DNA of 32,000 nucleotides, taken from assembly GCA_054661495.1 (NCBI GenBank), contig BAAFSQ010000055.1, forward strand, positions 18,146-50,145, given 5' to 3'. The position numbers were made by a program, and so were the translations under genes. The stretch's first letter is position 1, and each line of letters starts with the position of its first letter. Shown here piece after piece: positions 23,998-32,000 of the stretch. The notes beneath the pieces were generated by a model. The model was not told the origin of the DNA. It made no database searches and saw nothing but the letters and a program-made list of their open reading frames with translations. The stretch comes from Zygophlyctis sp. KS116. Taxonomy: Eukaryota; Fungi; Chytridiomycota.

Positions 23998-24231
23998 ATG
24001 AATTATTTGAGGTTAAGGAGCGCTTTCCAGTTTATGCGATTTCAAATCGCATTGAATTTACAGAAGCAGCAAGTTGAACAAGAGTCTTTACTAGATCAAC
24101 AAGCAGCAACTTTAAAGCCAATAAGAGATTTTATTTCAAAAGAGTATTTAGCAAATAAAGTTTGGGTCGATCCAATTTCTCAGTCAATAACAAGAATTGC
24201 TAATAAAAATGCCGGCAGTTCCAGTCAGTGA
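23998..24231 (+). CDS. Orphan 77-aa ORF (small protein or overlapping uORF of EFL1)
   Basis: Starts 13 bp after the IDI1 stop in an aaacaATG context, fills the whole gap and overlaps the EFL1 start by 23 nt. No recognisable domain. Confidence 0.45.
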   Translation: MNYLRLRSAFQFMRFQIALNLQKQQVEQESLLDQQAATLKPIRDFISKEYLANKVWVDPISQSITRIANKNAGSSSQ

Positions 24232-27200
24232 TTTGGTAAAGTTACAGTCTTTACCCTCCCATATCCGCAATTTCTGCATTATTGCACATGTCGATCATGG
24301 GAAAACAACTCTTTCAGATGCTCTTTTAGCATCAAATGGTATTATTTCGTCAAAGCTTTCGGGTAAAATTAGATATTTAGACTCGAGACCAGATGAACAA
24401 GAGAGAGGAATAACTATGAAATCATCTTGTATTTCTCTTTATTTTCAAGTCTTGAAGCAATTTACAAATGCAGTCAAGAGCGATGAATACTTGTTTAATC
24501 TTATTGATTCCCCTGGACATGTGGATTTTGCATCGGAAGTTTCTGCTGCTTCTAGATTATGTGATGGGTGTCTAATACTAGTAGATGTCGTAGAAGGTGT
24601 TTGTACTCAAACAGTTTCAGTTGCTAGGCAGGCATGGAATGAAGGATTGAAGCCTATTCTAGTACTCAATAAAATTGATAGATTGATTACTGAATTACAG
24701 TATTCTACAGAAGAGGCTCATACGGCTCTCACAAGGATATTGGAACAGATGAATGCTCTAATGGCTACATTTTTTAATGAAGATTTAATGGCTCGTGATG
24801 ATGAATTATATGAAGTAGGATTTTAGATTTTTTAGAAATTAGGTTCATAAATCTAAAATTGATTCTGGGAATAATGATGAAGAGAATTCTTGGTTATTAG
24901 AACAGGGTGATGATTCTGATTTATATTTTGCTCCTGAAAAAGGAAATGTTATTTTTGCTTCGGCTTCAGATGGCTGGGCTTTTAGAACAAGTACTTTTGC
25001 GTCAATTTATGCTACAAAGTTGGGGATAAAAGAGTCTATTTTATGCAAAGTTCTTTGGGGAGATTATTTCTTGGATCCAAAATCTAAAAAGGTATTTGGG
25101 CAGGTCAAAGGGAAGGAAATGGGATTGAAATGTATGTTTGTTCAGTTTGTATTGGAAAATATCTGGGCAGTATATGGCTCTGTCTTGAATAGGTTTATTT
25201 AATTTTTTTAAAGAAGTAGCCAGCATGAAAAGATGAATAAGATTATTGAGACATTGAAGCTCAAAATTAATCCTAGGGATTTGAAGTCAAAAGATAAATC
25301 AATTGTTATCACATCTATAATGTCACAATGGCTTCCGTTATCACCTGCAGTTCTTTTAAGCGTAATAGAAATTGTTCCTTCTCCAGAGGAAGCCCAATCA
25401 AAGAAGTTTTCAAATTTAATGGACTCAACCCCCGAATTTATTCATAGTTCAGTTCGAAATTGCTCTACTAGTCCCAACGCACCAATTGTTGTGTACGTTA
25501 GTAAGATGTACTGTGTTGATAGCAGTTCACTACCTGGAAAAAAGCATATTCAACTCACAGCAGATCAAATGAGAGAGCGCAAGGCATTGCTTCTAGCACA
25601 TCAAGATCGTTCTGATGAAGCGACTAATGCGATTGAAAAACTGCAAGTAGAACCCAATGAACCCGAAGAAAAAAATATACTAGTAGGCTTTGCTAGGATT
25701 TACTCTGGAAGTCTTAAGTTGGGCCAGCAGATTTATGTATTAGGCCCTAAATATGATTCGTCTCATCCTGAACTACATTGCAAAACTGTTACTATCGAGA
25801 GATTATTTATCATGATGGGAAGAGATTTAGAAGATATAGATTCCATTAGTGCAGGTAATGTCTTTGCAATTGGTGGATTGGATGACGTCATTTTAAAGTC
25901 GGCTACTTTATCTTCCACACTGGAATGTACTAGTTTTGGAACTTCAGGTAAAGAGTATGTGCCAATTTTAAGAGTGGCTTTAGAAGCTACAAATCCATGT
26001 AAGTAGAATAAACTGATTCATAGCGGACACGCCCCTTTTAATCGATGGGCTAAAACTATTAAATCAAGCTGATCCGGCAGTTCAAGTCATTCTCCAAGAT
26101 ACAGGGGAACATGTTATTATATGTGCAGGCGAGCTTCACCTGGAGCGATGTATTCGTGATCTTAAAGAAACATTTGCCAAAATTCCCATAAAAGCATCGC
26201 CTCCTCTTGTCCCATTTCGTGAAACTCTGTCAACAGAAAAATCTTTGACGTATGCTCGAAAAGATCCGTATGATAATGTTTTGCCCATGGGGACAGTGCA
26301 GATGGATTCGGGATTATTGAAATTTAAGGTTAGAGCAATACCAATGTCTGATGACATGCGATCCATTTTATTAAAAATGGATGTCAAAGAAATGTATAGC
26401 AGTGAAGATCATTGGAATGCTACTATCAAGGAATTGTCGCCATATTTTGCAAATATGGCAGACACATATCAAGAAGCAAATCTTCAGGACTGGAGTTCTC
26501 GGTATGTATTTTCGAGTAATTTTTAGCATCTGGGCGTTTGGACCAAATGGAACTGCTTCAAATATTCTTCTACATTATCGACCTATAAGTGACCAAGCAG
26601 GATATAATTTTCTGAAAGAAGCTGATTCTGCTGTTCCTAGTGTTACAACTACTTCTATATCTCCTGAGGACTACATGACTCTAAAAGTATCTACTCTGGA
26701 AAATAATGTGGTGTCAGGATTTAATTTAGCGGCAAATTCAGGTCCTCTGTGCAATGAACCGATCGCTGGAGTTGTTTTTATTTTGGAAGAATTTTCAATG
26801 GACAGCAGGCAAGATGAGATGGATGGTACGATATTTAATATTGAAAATCAGTTTTGCAGAGAGCATCTCTATCTGGCCAAATAATCAGTTCGGTTAAAAA
26901 TTCTTTCTTAGAAGCCTTTTCTCAATGGTCTCCTCGTCTTTTGTTGGCAGTTTATAATTGTGAGCTATCTGCTCCTACTGATGTTCTCGGCCGAGTACAT
27001 GCCGTTTTGTCAAAGAGACGAGCAAAAATCATATCTGAAGAAATGAGACCAGGAACACCTTTTTTCAATATCAAGGCGACACTTCCTGTCATTGAAAGTT
27101 TTGGATTCTCTGATGGTATTTTTTAATTAGTTAACTAATGACTAGAGATTCGTAAAAGAACATCGGGATCTGTGAGCTCTCAACTTTTTTTTAGTGGGTT

Positions 27201-27387
27201 TGAACTATTAGATATTGATCCATTTTGGATTCCATTAACTGCTGATGAATTGGAAGATTTGGGAGAAAAGTCCGACCGAGAGAATTTAGCAAAGAAATAC
27301 ATGGATACTGTTCGGGAAAGGAAAGGCCTTTCTACAACCAAGAAACTAGTTGAAGATGGAGAAAAACAGAGAAATTTAAGAAAGTAA
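24209..27387 (+). CDS. EFL1: Ribosome maturation GTPase Efl1/Ria1 (EF-2 paralog)
   Basis: [88 protein letters not shown] and EKQRNLRK. Introns: 24815-24842, 25193-25219, 25999-26023, 26502-26526, 26826-26851, 27116-27145. Confidence 0.95.
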
Positions 27388-27499
27388 TGAAATATATTCA
27401 TGATTATTTTGATGAAATAAAAAGAGATGGAAGCACGAATGTGATTTTAACCGACTTTTTAACAAACCGTCAGAGAAAGCAATACATATCCAAACATAA

Positions 27500-27658
27500 T
27501 GTAGAGGGCTAGATCAATTCAGATGAACGTGTTTCATAGTCTAGGTTAGGTTTGGGAATTCTCATATATGGAAGTACTAGGAAATCAATTAGGTGTTAGG
27601 TTTATTTTAGTTCTAGGTTAATAATAATAAATTTTATCTCTGAGTTTCATCTCTAACA
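27500..27658 (+). mobile_element. 159-bp TG...CA element (probable solo LTR), copy A, with 4-bp TSD ATAA
   Basis: TGTAGAGGG...CTCTAACA flanked by ATAA at 27496-27499 and 27659-27662. Homologous to 30254-30432 in the opposite orientation. Confidence 0.85.
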
Positions 27659-27764
27659 ATAAGATCAAGAGTTTGAAAATTTAGATTGATATTATTTTTC
27701 AACAAGTCATCTTCAGAATTTAGTGTATATGCAAATCGATTAGAGTTCCATTTCTGAACTAGTT

Positions 27765-28870
27765 TAAATACGAAAACTTTGTTCTTTAACATCAGATGTA
27801 TCTAATGTATTGTCCATATTTATTCCTTGATAGCAAGCTTTTAGTGTCTATTATATTTGCAAATTGCCATTTCTTATTCAGGTAGATTTTATTTGAATCA
27901 GAGAGTTTGATTTGTTCAAGATCGCGTAAAACCTTTAGGTATCCATTAAGAATTAAGTTATTTTTATAGATGTATAGTTTTCCAGAGTAATTATTAATCT
28001 TGAATTTCTCTTTTGAAGATTCTGCTGCTTTTTTAGCTAGATCATCAGCTATATCATTATTGACAAGGTTAGAATGTGCTGCAACTTTAACAAATGTAGA
28101 TGTGATTGTAAATTTACTCATTAGTATTTTCATTTGCTCTAGTATATGTTTTATTGTTCTTATTCATTAAAATATTCTTACATCCGTCAATAGCACAATC
28201 GGAATAAATCTTGATTGTTTGATTTGTGTTACATACTTCTAGAGCTCCTAATATGGCTATCCATTCCGCTTTTGTTGATGATGGATTATGATGATCGATC
28301 TTGATCATGATCTCTTTCAGATTTTGTCCTTGATTGTCCGTTATTAGTATTCCTGAACCCATTTTGTTATTGTCTTGTTTTAAGCTTCCATCTGTCCATA
28401 TTTCTAGCTCAGTAACTTCTTTAGGTGTCTCATATCTGTCTTCTTGAAATTCATTTTGGATATGAACTCTATAGTCAAAAGCTTGAGATAAATCATAGTC
28501 TTGATATATATTACTCATTTTTTGCATGATAAATTGATACCAAGCGGGAACTTGATCCCAGATTTTCTTTTTTAGAAATTTGAGATCCTCAAATCATAAT
28601 AAAAAATCTGGGTTAGATGGTAATCTTAATTTATTTAAATCTAGTTTTAATTTATATAGTAATTGTTTTCCTTCAGTGTATATATTGTTTGGCATTTTTT
28701 TTTATTATTTAGTGGCAGCTATCCTATCAAAAAATACGTAGGTTTAGGGTTAAATAATTTATATGATGTTATTTTTTAATTCCAACACTTAAAACATATT
28801 TCAATGTTTCAAGGTCTCTCATGATTTTGACTTTGGCAATTTTAATAAAATTGCATTACATTGGCGAGTT
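27765..28870 (-). mobile_element. Degenerate non-LTR retroelement fragment with an RNase HI domain
   Basis: IWTDGS, SSTKAEWIAILGALE, IKIYSD and FVKVAAHS...NDIADDLAK, split by frameshifts and intronless. The downstream SDVKEQSFRI matches SDSKEQKFRI in the neighbouring fragment. Boundaries approximate. Confidence 0.7.
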
Positions 28871-28889
28871 GGCTTTAGACTACTCCAAA

Positions 28890-29962
28890 ATTAGCTGCAA
28901 TAGAAACCAGATACCAGGTCAGACACTGTACCTCTTAGGCCACCGATCATCATTTGATGATCTGCCCCTCCCCTCTCTTCCTCATCCCCCACATCAGGAC
29001 GAGAAGCCACTCCTTTTGGTTTCTGTACAAGATTGTTTCTAATGTTCTTCTGGATTGGTTGATTTAGTTTCAATTTGATCTTTATATTTGGTCTGTTTGA
29101 TTGATTAAGTTTCAATTTAATCTTAATGATAGGTTTCTGTAAGTTTGTGAATGTATATAGTTTGGTTTTGTGAGTTGTTTATGTCTTTTAAAACTTTGTT
29201 GTTCGACGGGTTGAGAAAGATGGTTTGCATCTTCCCATAGACGTTAATTTAAGGGTATTTTTCTTGGGATAGTTGCATGATAAGTCAATAATGTTATTTT
29301 TGAGATATTTGTGAGTTTATTTCTTTTTATATTATGATTTGTGTTTTTCTTAATCCTTTTTTTACCACGAGGAAGATTTTTGTTCTTGTCTTTGACTGCC
29401 TTGCATATAAACCGTATATTTCCAAGCATCTAACGTGAAATACAACCACAATTGTGAATTGACACTTGTCTTTTTAGTCTCTTTAAATTTTTTGATTAGA
29501 CTATTAGAAATGATTACTTGAGCAGTTTCAGATTTTAGAAAATCTTCCATTCGATTCTTTACTCCCAATATATACATTAAGTGATGAAATTTCGGTTTGA
29601 TACCTTGGTTTTTCAAATTTTCGTACGTTTCATTGTCTTGAAGTCTCTTTACCATTGTTTGGATCGTTTTGTTGTATAACATTTACAGTTGAACACATGA
29701 TCCAAAGTTTCTTTTTCCAATGTACACCGCGGAGAAATATCATCTATGGTATATAATTGATTTTTACTGATATTGTTCCATTTCAGGATTTGAGACAATA
29801 CAGGTAACTTTTTAGTAATTGATAGAATTCTAAACTTTTGTTCTTTGGAATCTGAGACGTCAAAGATATTATTTCTATTGAAACCAAGTTTTGTTATTAT
29901 TACAGTACTTAAAATATTGATATCTGGAATGGATTGATGTTTTTCTATCAAGTATGTCAAAA
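28890..29962 (-). mobile_element. Degenerate non-LTR retroelement C-terminal fragment (zf-RVT-like zinc finger)
   Basis: FRILSITKKLPVL...SPRCTLEKETLDHVFNC, followed by frameshifted basic ORFs. Boundaries approximate. Confidence 0.62.
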
Positions 29963-30065
29963 TGTGTGGGTACTAGATAGACTGAGAGTTCAGTTATAAA
30001 AGATAAAAAAGAACTCTTAGGTTTGAGGCACCATAGTGGGGCGCATTGAGGCTTATATTGTAACA
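29963..30065 (-). repeat. Putative 3' LTR (~103 bp) of the copia element
   Basis: Begins TGTTACAA immediately after the polypurine tract and ends CCCACACA, where LINE-like coding sequence resumes. The distal boundary is inferred. Confidence 0.65.
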
Positions 30066-30074
30066 TCCCCTCCT
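30066..30074 (-). other. Polypurine tract AGGAGGGGA
   Basis: Purine run overlapping the pol stop codon and abutting the LTR's TG. Confidence 0.8.
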
Positions 30075-30253
30075 AAGCTGATAATCCAATACTTGATTGT
30101 AGATAATTAAATCGCGACGGTCCTAGAGCCTTCGTAAGCAGATCAGACACATTCTTTTCCGTTGAAATATAATCCACACAAATTTTCTTGTCTGAGATTG
30201 CTTCTCTTATAAAGTGATGTCGGACATCTATATGCTTTGTCCTTTGGTGATTC

Positions 30254-30432
30254 TGTAAAGAGATGAAACTCTTTAAGATAAAATTTATTATTATTAACCT
30301 AGAACTAAAATAAACCTATTAATTGATTTCCTAGTACTTCCATATGTGAGATTCCCAAACCTACTTGTTTAGGCCTCAAACTCAAACCTACACTGTCAAT
30401 CACGTTCATCTGAACTGATCTGTCCCTCTACA
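30254..30432 (-). mobile_element. 179-bp TG...CA element (probable solo LTR), copy B, inserted in the copia RNase H; 4-bp TSD ATTC
   Basis: ATTC at 30250-30253 and 30433-30436. Removing the element plus one TSD restores KNPMNHQRTKHIDV in frame. Confidence 0.92.
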
Positions 30433-32000
30433 ATTCATTGGATTTTTGGCTAGCTTTATGCTTCCTTGATTATCACCGAATAGTTGAACATATTGATCGA
30501 CTGGATGATAATTGAGTGAAGTTAGTATTCCTTTCAGCCACAGTGCCTCTTGGGTCGCAGATGACATAGCCATATATTCTGCTTCAGTAGATGAGAGGGC
30601 GACAGTGGGCTGTAGTTTAGAATTCCAAGATATAGGACCTGCATTCAACGTAAAAATGTAACCAGTCGTGGATCTTCGTGAATCAATGTCTCCAGCATAA
30701 TCAGAGTCAACCATGCCTTTTAGCAGATGCCTTGGTCCCCCAACAATTATTCCTTTGTTTTTCGTCCCTTGGAGATATCGGAGAATCGTCTTCACAGCTT
30801 CCCAATGTTTTCTTCCAGGGTTTTGTAGAAATCTACAAACTTGATTGACTGAGTATGCGATATCAGGGCGTGTGCCGCCAGAGAGATAGAGTAAAGATCC
30901 AACAGTTTAACGATATGGGATTTTCTCCATTTCTTGACGTTCTTCTTCGGATGCTGGACACATATGTAGACTTAGTTTCACGGACGGATCCATTGGTGCC
31001 GAGGAAGCTTCTAGTTTAGATCTGTGACTGTGAGTGTGAACATATCCAGGTTCTCCAAAGATTCGAAACCCCATCAGATTTGGAGTTTTCTGATGCCATA
31101 ACTCGTATGGTGTTTTCGAATCTTTGCCTTCTAGTTTAGGAATTAGGTTGCGGGTTAAATTGGCCGCTTCATATGCAAGATTCCAGTAGAGTTTCGGAAA
31201 TCCAGATAATTTTAGGTTACAGTTTCCAGGATTTGAATTGTTTGAATATTTCTCTCTGCGACCCCATTTTGCTGAGGTGTGTATTGCCTTTCAATTCCTT
31301 TCTCTTCACATAAAGAGACCATTCGATTATCAGTAAATTCCCTTCCATTATCAGACCTTATTATCTCAGGGTATCTGCCGGTTTTGTTGCGGATGTGCAT
31401 TATCAGATATTTGATTTTGATGAAACAATCAGATTTTCGTGGAATGGCATAAAAGAAAGAATATCGAGAGAAATCTTCAATGATGACCAGAAAATATTTC
31501 TCTCCACTGAGACGCTGGTCGATGCAAGATCCATGTGTAGAAGTTGACTGTAGTGCGGTTCCCAACTATAGAAGGGTAAGGTTTACGCTTATTTTTTATA
31601 AGGAGGCAGGTTTCGCAGTCTATTCCTTTTTCAATGAATGTAATATTATGTGAATTAAGAAGCTTTCTAGTTGATTCAAGATTCAGGTGACCTAGTCTAT
31701 TGTGCCAGGTTTGAATAGAAAGAGAGTTACATATAAGAGATTTTGTTTTATCACGTAGAGACCGTTAAATTCAGTTGATGTGAGATCACTTTCGGCAATA
31801 TTTAAAAGGGCTCGCGTGTTTTCAGTTAAAGGTACGTGTATGATGCACCTTTAACGAATAAAGTGGCTAAATTTTGTTTAGAGAGCTGTGATACAGAACG
31901 TATTCCTATAAGACTCCATTGATCTGTATATTTCCCAGGTCGAGAGTGCCTTTTTCTTGTGAGCGTAGGCCCACTCCTTTTGAGGCAGTCTCCACTAGCT

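Larger units (their letters stand above)
29963..32000 (-). mobile_element. Degenerate, internally deleted Ty1/copia LTR retrotransposon (5' part outside the window)
   Basis: GAG-pre-integrase WHNRLGH...CETC, integrase IRSDNGREF...PQQNGVAERN, late RT VGSLLYL...TRPDIAYSV, RNase H DSDYAGD...RRSTTGY...VALSSTEAEY...RTKHIDVRHHFIRE...DLLTKAL (stop 30075-30073), then a PPT and LTR. Integrase-RT-RNase H order is the copia arrangement. Confidence 0.95.

Noticed and set aside
27385-27512. TAATG stop-start overlap at the EFL1 end opening a ~41-aa ORF
   Set aside because: Short, no recognisable similarity, runs into TE copy A, and TAATG is common in AT-rich DNA.
28945-28962. Palindrome gatcatca-tt-tgatgatc next to a purine/pyrimidine-skewed tract
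   Set aside because: A single short hairpin inside a decayed TE, with no evidence of function.
27500-30432. A 2.9-kb composite DNA transposon bounded by long inverted repeats
   Set aside because: Each repeat has its own TSD (ATAA and ATTC), and copy B cleanly interrupts the copia RNase H, so they are independent insertions.

Overview
AT-rich eukaryotic DNA in the standard genetic code, most likely from a flagellated early-diverging fungus (chytrid-like, inferred from IFT121/WDR35 plus a fungal-type housekeeping gene set). Positions 1-27387 form an extremely compact gene block: IFT121 (3' part), cytidine deaminase, a RING-H2 E3 ligase, COY1/CASP, NDC80, TMA20, an intronless signal-peptide/F-box-like/ankyrin protein, ERV46, NUP214/159, a DHX33/Dhr2-like helicase, RSE1/SF3B3, a universal stress protein, a TMEM179-like tetraspan protein, IDI1, an orphan 77-aa ORF and EFL1/RIA1. 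The ORF track is fragmented because the genes are split by about 67 tiny GT-AG introns, which I traced by hand (23-34 nt, mostly 25-28 nt, one of 46 nt). Intergenic DNA is almost absent. One divergent pair has its ATGs 16 bp apart, tandem gaps are as short as 13-18 bp, and two convergent pairs overlap within their coding sequence. In all three convergent pairs a terminal intron of one gene lies just past the partner's stop codon and carries an A(A/T)TAAA hexamer on the partner's strand. Positions 27500-32000 are a nested transposon graveyard: two RNase H/zinc-finger LINE-like fragments, an internally deleted Ty1/copia element with a ~103-bp LTR, and two related 159/179-bp TG...CA elements, each with its own 4-bp target-site duplication. 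All gene models are manual and lack transcript support.
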